This document shows positions 1-14,346 of a DNA stretch of 64,000 nucleotides, in pieces. How positions within the stretch are numbered: the first letter of the stretch is position 1; every line of letters begins with the position of its first letter. A program made the position numbers and the translations under genes. The notes beneath the pieces were generated by a model. It did not search any database. It had not been told where the DNA came from and was given only the letters and a program-made list of their open reading frames with translations. This stretch comes from Octopus sinensis (taxonomy: Eukaryota). The stretch spans positions 36,208,001 through 36,272,000 of the forward strand of contig NC_042997.1 in the NCBI RefSeq assembly GCF_006345805.1, in the 5' to 3' direction.

Positions 1-1543
1 AGTTATGAAGTTTTGGAATTTTAAAGAGCGCATACAAAGAAAATGTTCATTAATTAATTATCTCTTTCTCTCATCTTTGCATACATTGATTCTCTTCAGC
101 TGTATGTTTTGAGTGAAATGTTTATTATACAACTTCAATTGTACAAGAACGAGCAGATGAACTGAATTACGACTTATAGGATTTTTAGTTCACTTTTAGT
201 GAGCGATGTTTAGTAAGCATTAATTTATTGGAAATGCTTGTAAAGGAACCTTTTCTTTTATACTCGAACGCATGGTGGAAAAGAATCAGTAGTTATTCAA
301 CACTAGATAGAATATGAACAAATTGCAATTTATGTTCTAGTTATGATGACATTGCCTGCTATGGCAGGTGCAAATCTATTAATCGCATGACGATTATTAA
401 ATTTATGATCCGTAATATTCAAATTGATACTATCATCATTAGTGTTGCGACTGCATCTTGTTCTCCTTTAATGATTGTTGATCATTAACTTTGGTTTAGT
501 ATTATTTCAATAAACTATATGTTTGTGCAGAAATATGTGGACTACATAAATATTTTGCTCAATATACATGCACACATATAACATGCCCATATACTTGTGT
601 GTGTGTGAATGTGTGTCCGTGTGTGCGGCGCGTGCGAATGCGGGTGTATGTACACAACGCGTACTTTACTTTGATTGTTATTTGATCCGAGAAATCAAAA
701 CTAAAATGTTATAGTAATGTTGTACAACTAGTACTTTTGATACATCAAAATACGGGTATATATTTGTTTGTAGACGTTTATGCTTCTATGCGTATGTATA
801 CGCGTGCATGTACATGCATGTGTGTATGTGCGCGTGAATGTTAGTGGGAGTGAGCGATGTTCAAGCTTTAAAGTTATCCATGATAAACAAAAGAATATTC
901 AGACGACGAAATTTAATAAATATACCCATTTTTAAATAACCATTTAGCTGCAGTTTTATTTCCTGTCACACGCAACGTAGATTGGAAAGTGTATAATATA
1001 TTTCACTAGCCGTACATTGTTTCCCTTTGATCGGATATGTGACAATTTCCAGAGTTTTGTGGGTACAAGTAGTAATTAATTGTAAATAAAAATGCAACAG
1101 AATAAGCTTCGGAGTATTTTGGAGGACAGGTGGAAAGTAAGGGACTGTGCTGTTAAAAGCGTTATACTGTACACGGCAGGAAACAGGATCTCTGAAATTG
1201 GATGCTTAAAAATGTCTATGTGTGTACTATAGTCTTGTAAAAACATTATTTATGGCGGATAATTTAACAAAGCAACATATCAGTTATTGCGAAACCACAT
1301 ATAAATCGTACTCTGGTAAATAGAAAAATCAGATCATTCAGTTTTGCTTCTAGTGAGCACACATGTATGCACACGGACGCAGGCATGCACACGCACTCAC
1401 ATATAAACACGCACACACAACCACGCTCTCTCTCTCTCTCTCTTTCTCTCTCTCTGTCCGTTGCAGTGCATCATACGTTCTGCGTGTATGAGTGCTTATG
1501 TGTGTGATAGTGTATTAATACGAACACACACACACGACTTACA

Positions 1544-1581
<38 letters not shown>

Positions 1582-1883
1582 TGCACGCACGCATATTTAC
1601 GCGTACATTAATGCTTTTACTTCAAGTTCTATATCAAACAGCTGGACACGTAGATGGAGCACTTAATATTTTAAATATTGGGGAAGAGAATTTCCTCCTC
1701 TACATGCACGACCAACAATTCTTCAAATTTTCAAGCAGCTCCACCATTACAAGCCACTTTGCCACCTCTTGAACGTAGATATTTTCTGTTCGGGACGTTA
1801 ACTATACGCATTATATGAGCATTATGCATAAAAGACATAAGCCATCATAGATTCATACTGATTTCTTTCATATATGTATATTT

Positions 1884-2281
1884 GCAGGAGTGGCTATGTG
1901 GTAAGTAGTTTGCTTACCAACCACATGGTTCTGTGTTCAGTCCCACTGTGTGGCACCTTGGGCAAGTGTCATCTACTATAGCCTCGAGCCGACCAAATTC
2001 TTGTGATTGGATTTGGTAGACGGAAACTGAAAGAGGCCCGTCGTATATATGTATATATATGTGTGTGTGTTTGTGTGTCTGCGTTTGCCCCCCCCCAACA
2101 TCGCTTGACAACCAATGCTGGTGTGTGTACGTCCCCGTAACTTAGCGGTTCGGCAAAAGAGCCCGATAGAATAAGTACTAGGCTTACGAGGAATAAGTCC
2201 TGGGGGTCGATTTCCTCAACTAAAGGCGGTTCCAGCATGGCCACTGTCAAATGACTGAAGCAACTAAAAGAGTAAAAGAGT
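1884..2281 (+). mobile_element. tRNA-derived SINE family A (CORE-like domain), full length
   Basis: Box A-like TGGCTATGTGG and box B-like GTTCAGTCCC, CORE-like CCTTGGGCAAGT, internal (TA/TG)n, AAAGAGT tail repeats. Near-identical copies at 3219, 40042 and 60768. Confidence 0.85.
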
Positions 2282-2301
2282 ATACATATGTATATATATC
2301 T

Positions 2302-2332
<31 letters not shown>

Positions 2333-2344
2333 TACATATATATT

Positions 2345-2684
2345 GAGACCCCCTTCGGTCACGACACAGACCATGAGATTGCACCTAGAAAGTTACCCTC
2401 CCAGGCACAAGTCCGGGAAAGGTTATTTATGAAAGACCAGCAATCGCCCATGCATACCAGCTCCCCGTCTTCACGCCACCGATGTTATCCAAGGGAAAGC
2501 CAAAGGGGCCGATACAGCTTGGCACATGTGACGTCGCAACTCATTTCTACAGCTGAGTGAGCTGGAGCAACGTGAAATAAAGTGTCTTCCTCAAGAACAC
2601 AACACGCAGCCTGGTCCAGGATTCGAGCTCACAACCTCAGGATGGTTTGCTCGACGCTTTAGCCACTGAGCCCTGCGCCTTCAC
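2345..2684 (-). mobile_element. tRNA-derived SINE family C
   Basis: Minus strand starts with a tRNA-like head (GGCTCAGTGGCTAAAGCG...GCTCGAATCC) followed by a CORE/V-like TGTGTTCTTGAGGAAGACACTTTA segment; sits beside (TA)n. Confidence 0.7.
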
Positions 2685-3218
2685 TGTATATATGCATATA
2701 TTTATTTAGAACCGCATTGGTAAGTCAGTATAGCTAGACATTGCAAATGTGTAACGATTTTCTTCACATATAAATACCCATTATTCAGTTATGTATTATC
2801 AGTCGCCATCAATTATAAGGTTTAATGTACGAAAGGCCTGACTGCAATATACTTAAAATGTAGATTATCTGTGTTATTGAATATATTGAATATAGGGATA
2901 TTAATTGGCAAAAGCATATAAAGAAATAATGATTTCTTATATTGGCACAGAAGCAACTGAAATGTAGGTGAAGGGCATACAAGGAATCGAATGACGCCTT
3001 CGAAAGCGTGTACAAAATTGTGAGTTCTAATTGAGTAGAATATTCTAGTAAGCTTAAAACAATGGCATTATACTCTCTAATAGCGAGTGTTTCAATGTTT
3101 CATTCAATCAAGCAGATATTTTGTTAAAACTGCAGTTTAGTGAAGGGAAATAGAAACGAAATATCGAACGTAAAGCCCTGTATATATTTTATACTTTTAG
3201 TCACTGGACTGTTACTAT

Positions 3219-3612
3219 TACTCTTTGACTCTTTTACTTGTTTCAGTCATTTGACTGCGGCCATGCTGGAGCACCGCCTTTAATCGAGCAACTCGACCCC
3301 GGGACTTATTCTTTTGTAAGCCCAGCACTTATTCTATCGGTCTCTTTTGCCGAACCGCTAAGTAACGGGGACATAAACACACCAGCATCGGTTGTCAAGC
3401 AATGTTAGGGGAACAGACTCACAAACACACACACATACATATATATATACGACAGGCTTCTTTCAGTTTCCGTCTACCAAATCCACTCACAATGCATTGG
3501 TCGGCCCGGGGCTATAGCAGAAGACACTTGCCCAAGATGCCACGCTGTGGGACTGAACCCAGAACCATGTGGTTGGTTAGCAAGCTACTTAGCACACAGC
3601 CACTCCTGGGCC
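3219..3612 (-). mobile_element. SINE family A, full length
   Basis: Reverse complement of 1884-2281 over about 390 bp. Confidence 0.85.
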
Positions 3613-3879
3613 TATAGATATATTATCAAACAGAGTGATAGAAGCAACTTAGAGAAGAGAGTATTGTTTGTTCGTAAATACATGGGACAAAATTGCAGTT
3701 GAGATGTATTGGCTGCAGTTCAATATACCCTAGAATTCACCCTTCCAGACATTCCATTCACCATTCATATGTACATATAACTTGCACTTTAAACACATCC
3801 TATTAAACATTGCTTGTCACAACTGACTTGTCTGTAAAATGCAGGCGGAGTGTTGGAAGCTTGCCATTCAATAAATTTT

Positions 3880-4320
3880 GAGGAGTAACTAGGAGAAAGG
3901 TACCAGACATCTAATGGATTAAGTTATTTCGCAGGCAAAAGTGGTTGAAGGACGGTAGAGAGGCAATTAGATATGATGGCATGTGTCAGCGAAAGAGGGA
4001 GGGAGAACATTAGATTTGGTTGACAAAATACTCAATATTAAGGCAGCAAACTGTCGTTTGGCTTTAAGGACCATACGTATACAGTTTGGAATTGTAGAGT
4101 CTGCTGAAAACAGAATTATTCGTGAAGATCAGAACATTCGCACAGCTTTTTTCTGGAGTGCTCAGGGACGAGCATTCTGGCAACAAGATACTTGAAAGAG
4201 AAGGAATTCTAAACTGTCCCGATTTCCTATAAGTTCAGACTTTGGTATCTTTGATATTTGATTGTTCTCCAAGCTGATTGAGAACATCAGGGACAATCGT
4301 TCTGGAACAACATTGCAATT
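3880..4320 (+). pseudogene. Decayed mariner transposase fragment
   Basis: Translates to PISSDFGIFDI*LFSKLIENIRDNR, resembling the mariner PYSPDLAPxDFxLFxKLK motif; upstream RIIREDQNIR resembles the HTH-linker region; stops and deletions present. Confidence 0.5.
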
Positions 4321-5912
4321 AAACGCCAAATGTATATAAGCACACACATACACACACAGACACACGCACATGCATATATATACATATACGCATAATCAGC
4401 CGAAATTGCAAGGATGATCCGCTTCTTGACTGAAGATTAGAAGCTTCGAATGACCCGTCCGTTTTTTGTGTCGTCTCTTTGAGTGTTTTGCGTTCTTGTC
4501 CCATTTAGTATTTATATATATATATAAGCGTTGATACCACCTACATAATGTCAAAGTTGTAACCATTCTCACCATATTTATTCACTGCTCATCTATAATT
4601 TGAAATTTCCCGCCATCTGCTGATACAGCCTAGGTTTATAATACCGCTTTCTAGAGATAGTGGTAGTCTCAGGCAAAAAGATATTTGACACGATACAGGA
4701 TATTTGTCTTAATTTAGAATTTACATTTATCCAGTAACACATATATCAATGCGACGAAAACAAATGAACGTAAAATGAAATTTAACATTTAATTCCAACC
4801 AGGTTAAATAATTGCTGTTAGTTAACCTGGTTTACCTCAGATTCGATAGATATATGGCATATGTTATTCCGGTTCTAATTATGCCACACTTTTACATCAT
4901 GCAGGAAGTACAAAGAGAGAAATGTATCAAACGTTGCATTCATAAACGTCGGGTGGGATCAATTTCTCTGAGAGTAAGTGAACGCTCTTTGATTTTCTGA
5001 CACAAAGAAATTATTGCATATTATTCTGTTATATTTTATTTAAATCATGGTCATCAAAGTTAGGTGAATCATATGGAAAATAACACAGAAATCCAGGTAC
5101 ACTTATATAATCACTACATACATTCATTTGCTGGACATGTACTATGTTAGTACGTAAGTACTTCATGGACAGACCACATTTAATGTGATGCTACCGCACT
5201 TATAGCAAATATATATGCATATTTTTCAGTGTGTTGCGAGCAATACATAGGCGAGAACAAAAACTATAAATTCAAGGACGATGCAACCTACGATAAGTGC
5301 ATTAGCAAAGAGTAATATTTTATCGTAAAATATAAACCCCTTTTGAATGCGTCCACCATCAATGACACTACTACAAGGGCCTGAGAATAATACCCATGCA
5401 AATATGTAAAACGATATATTCAGAACAGTCACTACCCTGGAATTTATTCAGAACGATTACTATCACTACTACTATAACCACAACAATTCACTTTTAGGTC
5501 ACTTGACCAATTAAGAAGACTCAACCAACATTATATAACTGTCAAACCATTCCCGTATTTTTCGTATTCTCTCTATTCTTTCCCCACTTTCTTCTTCCTC
5601 TTCTTCTTCCTCCTCTTCTCCTTCCTCGGCCACTGCTGCTTAAACAATCAAAACCAGGAACCCACATCCTTAATCTGCTACTAAATACTGAACCTTCACA
5701 AAAGTAAAAGAAACAGAGGCAGAAAAAGGAAAATATATCTTGTATTTGAAAACTATGGAAGTATTTTAAGAAGCATTTCACTTATTTTATTCCACAATTT
5801 AATTATTTACACTAAGTTGAAAAAGTTGCAACGGCTGAAACCGGTACTAAAATGTTTTTCATGTATTTTAAAATTCTCTGCCTTGTGCTTCATATATATA
5901 TATATATATATA

Positions 5913-6083
5913 CATAAGGTACATATATATATGATGGCGCATACTCGTTATAAATATCACCACCAGAGGCCTAGCATGTATAAAAAGTCAATAGACAACA
6001 TATTCGTATTTTATACATGATAGGCCACTGGTGGTGATATTTATAACGAATATTCGCCACCCTATATATATATGTACCTTATG
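5913..6083. repeat. Imperfect inverted repeat, about 73-bp arms, next to (TA)n
   Basis: 5913-5985 is the reverse complement of 6009-6083 (CGTTATAAATATCACCACCAG / CTGGTGGTGATATTTATAACG), with about 23-nt spacer. Confidence 0.9.
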
Positions 6084-6235
6084 AATATGTTCTTAGCATT
6101 CTCGAGGTTTTAGCTTGGCATTGCATCTATTGCTGACTATAAATACGCCTGCGCGCGATATTTGAAACATTATAGCATGTAATGATGGGACAAGTGCTAT
6201 ATTTTCTCTGAGTTATAAGCTAGTTGTTTAGGCTG

Positions 6236-6343
6236 GTTACTGACGAGGATTTCCCTGGGAGATAATATGGTCTTGCTAACTTATCTATTAAAATATATCA
6301 AACGATATTATTCTGCTAAAGTAATCCGAAACCATGGTATAAC
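6236..6343 (+). ncRNA. Type I hammerhead ribozyme motif with long stem II insertion
   Basis: GTTA-CTGACGA-GGATT...AATCC-GAAAC-CATG-GTA-TAAC: stem I GTTA/TAAC, stem II GGATT/AATCC, intact core, palindromic stem III, GUA cleavage triplet. Confidence 0.75.
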
Positions 6344-8421
6344 AATGGTAAAGGTTTTTATTTTTCAGTTACTTCGAAATTTGCTATAAAATTGTGGTTT
6401 TTTGGCCGTGTTAGCTGCTATTTCTAGCATGTAAAATTACCTGTTAAAGAGTAATTTTCTATTTTGAAATACGTATGTATATATATATATATCTATATAT
6501 ATATATATATAAAACAATGGAGATAACTTATGTTATTTGCTTGGTAAAATACAGTTTAATACATATACAATGTCCTAGATTTCCTCAGGATTCATAAGTT
6601 CATGCCATTAATTATCTGGAAACGTTAGTTATATGTATAGTACGTCACCAATGGCTTAATACGCATGTAAGCAACGAGAGATCATTTGATGATTCAGGAG
6701 AATGATAAATTTAAAACTTGATCAGCAAATCAAAGTCCACCAACTTCCGTCAGATGACATTCTTCGTATAAATTTAAGCTTACAATTAAATAATAACGAA
6801 TAAAATAAGCCAAAATGAAATACATTTAATTCGTTATTAGGACACAAGCTTACACGTGTGAGGAATATAAATGATATTTCTATATGATTAATCCATGTGA
6901 TTTTTAAATGTTGTTTACTTCATGAATTTATAACATGTGACATCCACTTCTATATGAATCATCAGTATAATCACTAGGTTAATGTTGGGCTGCTTCAGTA
7001 AGAATCATAACATAAATGATTTTGACACTAAAATGTGCTGCTCAGTCGCAATTTTTTACGGTCAACATCACACGAAGACGTTGCAAATACACACCATGCT
7101 TATGTAATTATTTTTTGAAATTATTAAGTGAAGAATAATTGTTTCTATGTTTTACAGAAGGCCAACAGCTTTCGAGCGTGTGGACTATATCGACTACAGT
7201 ACTTAAATTTACTTTCTTTTATCGAGCATGCGGAAGGAAAGAAAAGTTGGCAGCATGGGTATGTAAATTCAGGAAGTACAATATCAAAAGAAATATTGCT
7301 AAACAGTTTGTCTGATGCGCTAACGATACTACCAGCGCTCTGTCTTAGAAAATGGAGAATAATGAAGACTAAAAGAAGAACTGGTTGGCTTAGGTTTTAG
7401 ACTTGGCCTATGAATCAACGCTGTATATTGATTTCTTCCAACAGTTTCTTCTATCCTTTAAAAACAACATGAAAATGATTTCCAACAGATATGGCACAAC
7501 AATTCGCAGGACATGTAACAATCGACTGAATTGATTTGAAGTTCTTAACATATTTTATTGACGCAAGAAGATACAGAAAGCAATGGCGGAAGCAACGGAA
7601 TTGAAAAGATACCTCAGATACCACGAGGGATATTATCCAAATATCTACCAATAATTCCATTCTTCGCTTTCAATAATGTTTCCTATTTCCAAGGTAATAT
7701 GCATTATATGATGAAACAATAATGAAGTACTTGTGTTAACATACTATATATCTGAGTGTGTGTGCCCGACCGTAAGCATATATATACACACATGCATACA
7801 GACATACATATGTGTAAATAAGTGTGTGTACCCAAACGTATATAAGATTGTATGTGTGTAAATATGTTTCTAAGTATATAACAATAGAATTTGAACAATG
7901 AGTATGAAGGATGGCAGCTGAACATCGACGTGTTTTTAGTTCCCTAGCTCTTCAGTTTATTACACTCAGAAGCTATATAATCTAGAAAACCGTATTTTCT
8001 ACGAAATATGCACGAAATAGTTTCACACATCTCCATTTCATATCAAATATTCCATGAAATATGTTACAATCAATAGAGCAGTAGATTTTAGTTTGAAGAG
8101 CACTGCACTTAATTATGTCCCTCTCGTCCTACAATAAATGCTCTCTAGCAGCAAATTACATCTTGCCCGGCCAAGGTCGATGAAAGGAAGTACTAATCAA
8201 TATGCTAGGAGTATACCCCGCTGACCAACATCCATTACGTTCGTCCTGGCTTTTCTAGATAACTATTTAGCATTCTCAAATGGATCTAAATTCTTCATTC
8301 TTTGTAAAATATGACCTTTCGTATTAGTCACCTTATAAAACAATGCAGCATGTCTCATGAGAAATTGGTGACAGAAATTAGAGAACACGTGTTCCACTCA
8401 GTCACGTCATATATTCAACGA

Positions 8422-8497
8422 GCAAACGTTCAACTTATTAGGAATAATAGGAAAATCATGCAACCGTTCAACTTATTAGGAATAATAGGAAAATCAT
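8422..8497 (+). repeat. 38-bp tandem duplication
   Basis: GCAA(A/C)CGTTCAACTTATTAGGAATAATAGGAAAATCAT occurs twice head to tail. Confidence 0.9.
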
Positions 8498-8997
8498 ATC
8501 CATAATAAACAAATTCACAAACTATCAAGGACAACCTGAATAAAACAGTAACGGTAGTTTGAATGGCATTACAATGGGCAAGGGAGTGAAATACGTTTGC
8601 ACATATGTTTCATCAGAAATCGTTACCCTGAAGTTGAGTAGCAGCGAAAATCACAACGGCAACAGCAAATAACCACAGAAAGCACCTTACTATAACGGAT
8701 GTTATGTCTGTCTTCCTGTTCCCTCTTCACTGTCAAACGACTGGACCAATGGACGCGATATTTTTCGGGATTACGAAGGAGTAAATCAGGGAGGTTTTTC
8801 GCAGCAAAAATGTGAAGAAGTATGATTACTTAGTGGATATTGAGTTTTGTATTAAGATATCACATTTGACTTTTGCGTTAAAATTCCGGCAGCGAAGGTT
8901 AACTCTGGAGTTCTCCCCCGTGTAGTTCGTGAATTTAAAGGGTTTAGATTTGCGATACTCTCCCCTTATTCCCCATCGTAGATGGGCAGATTTGCTA

Positions 8998-9608
8998 TCT
9001 TACTATAATTGCCGTCATGTCCATCTGTCTAAACGTCTGTCCATCTGTCCCTCATTTTGTCTGTTTCCTCTTCACACCGAAATGGTCGTTAGGAAGGATT
9101 TTAGCATTAATAAATCAGAAAGTATAATTATTTGGTGGATACCGATTTTTGAATTAGTAAACCACCTTTGAATTTTTATAAGAATTCACCGACAACGAGT
9201 GACTCTGGATTTTCATCGTTTAGTTCTTGAGAACGGTTCATAGCGAAAATGAATTGGAAAAAAATGTGTGTGTCTATATATATTGTGTGTGATTATTTAG
9301 TGATTATTGAAGTGTGTCAGTCTCGAGCAGGATTCAAAACGGCTATTATTTAAGACTGAGTTTTGTCAATCAAAATGAATGTCAAATAAGTCTTAGTTGG
9401 ATTTGTTTGCAACCCCAAAGATTCCGATCGCGCATTCACAACATCAAGGCACAGGGCAAGACTTTAGATCCTGTAAGTGCATTTTAACGCACTGCGATGT
9501 TTACAAACGGCCAGTTATACGTCACTTTGAGTAGAGCAACGAACTTCAGTAATTTGAAAATTAGTATCGAACAAACAGAAACTATTGTCTACAAAGAGGT
9601 TTTGTAAT
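8998..9608 (+). mobile_element. Deleted Helitron with C-terminal PIF1-type helicase remnant
   Basis: About 9445-9608 translates to KAQGKTLD...MFTNGQLYVTLSRATNFSNLKI...TETIVYKEVL*, matching Helitron helicase motifs V/VI and the typical C-terminus. The 5' boundary is approximate. Confidence 0.75.
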
Positions 9609-10939
9609 CTCATTAATATTATCGAAAGGAATATGCTTCATAATTTAAATAAGGAAAATTGTGAATCTTGAATGTATAAGAGTATCAAGAAGCGTAAAAA
9701 ATGTGCAAACAACTAAAATGCATGAATATCTAAATACTTTTTTATGTAGTGGTCAAAGGAAGCTCTGGTTTTCGTAAGGAGTGGTCCACATAACGATTCA
9801 TGATACAGAGGCTGGGAGCCTATTTTAGTTTGGAAGAGAATTATCATCACATTTCACTTAGTCGCAAACACATGTCATATAGCTGCAATAGAACGATGTA
9901 TCACCAACAATAATGTAATTTCACAAAGACATCCCCCCAGTAATCTATCAAGTCCATTTACACATTTCTCAATACCTACTACTGTTATGACTTCCTTCCC
10001 TCATTTTATACCTCCATCGTACATGGGTAGATTTACTAGTCAGGGTAATTGGGTTAATGCACAGAGTATATTAAATAGAAATTCAATGGAAAATAGAAAC
10101 GGTGTTCCGTTATCAACATATTGGTCAACATTTACACTAAATATTGGTCTGCAGGTTATTTTTATTGCATTTTATTCTCTTTTTTTTAAAAAAAATATTG
10201 TCTACAAATGGAAGTTTTTACTAAAATTAATAATTTTACTGTAGGGAAAAAAATCGGCATATCTGTAAATATTACATATTTTATTGAGATAGATCTCTTT
10301 CATGTGATGTCGATATTAATTTTCATATATGTAAATTCTCTTTCAAGATAAAAGAACCCCTGTATTTTAATGTCTCGAGTGACATGAGAACAACTGTAGT
10401 GTATGAAAATGCGTAAAAAGTTAGTTAAACATTGTGAAACCAATATTTATTTAAAACATTTTAATCCTGTTATAGCATTAAACATTTACAAATGAATTTC
10501 AGAACAAAAAAAAAGCAAATACATTCAGAAGCTCGAAACAACCAACGCTCACAAACGCTTATACACATGCACACATATACATACTGACAGTATGTATACT
10601 CACATGTCTGTGTGTATGTGCTTGTTTGTAAGTAAATATATATATATTATATATATATATATAAAGCATGTCACACGCGCAGACGCATGTATAATTAATT
10701 TAGGTATTTTATTGATATTTTGCCAAATCGCCGCATTATTCTTTAGTGTATATAAGGTGTCATCGTCCAAAATACTAATTTTATAGTGGCTTGTTGTTTT
10801 ATAGCCAAAGATGTATGGAAGACATGCTGCCAGTTTACATGAATCGTTGCGTGAGTGCATTATGCTGATGTGAAAGCATGTTGATTGAATTCTTTCATAT
10901 CTAAAATATTTGAAACACACGCATATACATTCAACACTC

Positions 10940-10972
<33 letters not shown>

Positions 10973-12535
10973 GCAGAGAGAACGAAAGAGAGAGAGAGAG
11001 AGAGAGAGTTAGATTGATAGATAAATTTTAGAAACAGACATATGAGTTTGAAAGTTTGCAGTTAAAAATATGCACAAATGTGCTACCATATATGGTTACA
11101 CATGTGTTTGAGTCTAATATGAAAAAAAAAATGAAAAGAAGAGAGAAATGTGTCGTAAATAAATTAAACTGTGTGGACAATCTGATCGTATATTCTGAGT
11201 ATCTGACATATATGATATTTAAAAAAAAAAAATTTTTTCTATATATTAACTAGTTACTAAATTCATAAAGGCTCAGTTTATTACATGTAGGAAATAATAC
11301 CATTAATTTGGAGGTAAAAATATAGAGCAGTTGAGACATATTTCATAAATATATCTCGAAGGAAAAATATGTTTCTTCCTGTCCATCTGTTAATCGTTCT
11401 CTCTTATCCCTGTTACTCTCCCTCTCTGCCTCTTTCTCTTTTCCTCTTCTATTGCATTTCGTATTTAGAAACGCTTTGGTCTGTAAATCCCTGATTTTGA
11501 AGTATGGCTAGCATATAAGCAAGTGCAGGCACATCAAATAGGCATTCTTCTCTTATTAATAGCATTTAATATACGAGGAACATAATATATATTGATGTTC
11601 TTAAGTCGTGGAACCAACATACGCTCCACACAACTGTCTCTCATAAATGTGTGTGTGTGTAAGCAAGTATACGAACAAGTAATTATATACATGCATATAT
11701 AAAACATATAGTGTATGAAATACATATACACATATAAACGCAAATATACACAGACATAAATAAATGTGTTTATAGATATATGTATTATATATGTATATAT
11801 ATGTATATATATATGTGTATATATATATATGTATATATATATATATGTGTGTGTGTATATGTGTATATATATACGTGTATATATATATGTATATGTGTGT
11901 GTATATATATCAATATATATAGATATATTTATATATACATACGCATTTATATGCATATATACATGTGTGTGTGAGTGTGTGTGTGTGTATGTATGTGTGT
12001 GCGTGTGTGTGCGTATGGTTTATTGAATCTACATGTTTATCTCGCAGTTCCAATTTCACGCACAGCAACCTTGTGCATGTGTGGAAATATTACTCCAAAT
12101 AATTACGTGGTGTATGGGTTGTGATGAGGAACAACAAGACAGTACTGGGATTCTGGGTTTGGGGGAAAATATGTGGAGAGATGGATGCAATGGGATGATC
12201 GGCAAGGATAATAACGTAGGGGAAATTAAAGGAGATATTGGAGATTGACGATTTTAAATGAAGAGTGTAGTGAAATGACGTGACGAAGGTAATTGAAGAG
12301 TTCTGCTTGTCGGAGAATTGAGAGGTAGTACAGATACAGTCGAATTAACGTGCATAAAGCTGTGGGGTGGCACAATTACAATGAGAAATTGTTTAGAACT
12401 CAGAATTTGTTGGCATATTTGCGATCGCTTGTCGTGTGCAGGGTCACTTTTGTAACTAGTTTGCCGAGAAAAAGATTTCAGTTTTTCTCCTGATGGATAT
12501 TACGGCCGCCCACTCCTCTCAAATTTGTCGACCTC

Positions 12536-12536
<1 letters not shown>

Positions 12537-12573
<37 letters not shown>

Positions 12574-12576
12574 TTC

Positions 12577-12630
<54 letters not shown>

Positions 12631-12681
12631 AGTGGTAGTAGTAGTAGTAGTAGTAATAGTAGTAGTAGTAGTAGTAGTAGT
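12537..12681. repeat. Compound (ATT)n-(AGT)n microsatellite
   Basis: Read directly from the sequence. Confidence 0.95.
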
Positions 12682-12683
12682 AA

Positions 12684-13090
12684 GACTTCGAGCCTGCAGG
12701 ATCGTTAGCACACTGGGAAAATTCCTTAGCGATATTTCGTCTGTTTTTAAGCTATGAGTTCGTATTCCGCCGGTGTTGACTTTGCTATTCATCCTTTCGG
12801 GATCGATGAAATAAGCATCAGCTGAAAACTGCAGTCGATGCAATCGACTTACTCCTCCCTCACAATTGCTGGCCTTGAACGAAAATGTGAAACCTTTATT
12901 ATCATTATTATTGTTGTTGTTGTTGTTATTGTTGTAATATTATTATTATTAGAACTTAGCGTTCTAAATTCAAATTCCGTCAAGTTCGTCTTTGCCATCC
13001 ATCACTTTCGGTACCAGATATGTACTAGGGTCGATGCAATCGATTTACTCCTCCCACCACATTTCAAGCCTTGTGCACATAGTAGACAGT
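12684..13090 (+). mobile_element. Two decayed SINE family B copies in tandem
   Basis: Both carry the TTTGC(C/T)..TCATC..TTTCGG and GTCGATGCAATCGA segments shared with 61242-61460; separated by (ATT/GTT)n. Confidence 0.7.
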
Positions 13091-14256
13091 ATTATTATGG
13101 TTGTTATTGTTGCTTTGTTATCATCTTCTGCAGAGTCAATTTTTCTGTTCATCTTTCTGGGGTCAAATCATGTGTTCTCTCTTTTATTTCTTTTCTTTTC
13201 TAACTACTCTCAGCATATATTTCTAGATACTTAATGGTAATTCATTCTTAAAGATGATACTATCCTATTGAAAATCAGTTGTTCATATGTTAGGAATTAT
13301 ATTTTGCAATGTTAATGATACTTATAGGGTCTAACCTTTTAAAAACGATACTTTTAAATCTTAAGTAAACTTGTTTAGCTATTTCTTGCACAAGACAATT
13401 TTAAATAACATTGTGCAACAAGATTATTGTCCTTGGGTAGCAACTGTTACTTCCTATTTCCTTAACGCTACTAAGTATGAAAAATAGCTAATACTTCCTT
13501 CAAAAGTTTGTCATATTTACTCAAACCTCAAACATTCCCTCTTAAAACATGGCTATGATGCTCACCTACTAAACCTTCTCATGATCATATATGCACATAT
13601 TATCAGTCACTAAAAATATCCTCAAATGGTTAAAGTCAAGAAAATGACAGAAATATTGTGTAGAATATTTGCTATAACGATATTTCTGCTTGAAGATCTC
13701 AGTGCTGAATATGTTTGTAACGTAACGGAAAATAGGTAAGTTTAAAAACATTAACGTCAACGTGACAAAATCAAAGTTTGAAGGGAACAGCGATAATTTC
13801 TTTTGATTTCGAGTTACTAGCAAATAGGAAATAACACATAACAAAAGTAGAAAAAAGAAAAAAAAAGTCTTACATCGTGTAATATGAGGAATAGCAGTTA
13901 GAGGTTTTCAGAACAAAATTCTATAATGGTAGACACCACTTGAAAGAAGATTTGTTAGAGAACATAACGCATAATATATAAAAAAAGACGTGGATACAAA
14001 TCTTTACTAAAATACTCTGCGATATGTAACAGAAGGAAATATTTCAATTTTTATAAGTAAATTTTCATTAAATGTATCATAAAATTGGAACCACAATCTA
14101 TTAAAATAATTGATAATTGCGAAATACACGTAATGCTAATGAGTCCTACTATATATAAACACAAAACACACACACACACTATCTATATATATGCATGTAT
14201 GTATGTATATATGTATATATATATGTGTGTGTGTGTATGTATGTATGTATATATGC

Positions 14257-14271
14257 ATATATATATATATA

Positions 14272-14343
<72 letters not shown>
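14257..14343. repeat. (TA)n microsatellite, representative of many in the window (e.g. 27460-27700, 29902-29983, 32950-33011, 34608-34687, 39290-39348)
   Basis: Read directly from the sequence. Confidence 0.95.

Positions 14344-14346
<3 letters not shown>

Noticed and set aside
4392-4510. GAAAT...CTGAAGA segment ending in (TA)n
   Set aside because: Core elements are in an order and spacing that do not yield paired stems; probably a repeat fragment.
7128-7400. 90-aa ORF following an acceptor-like TTTTACAG
   Set aside because: The sequence resembles a decayed SINE family B central domain rather than an exon.
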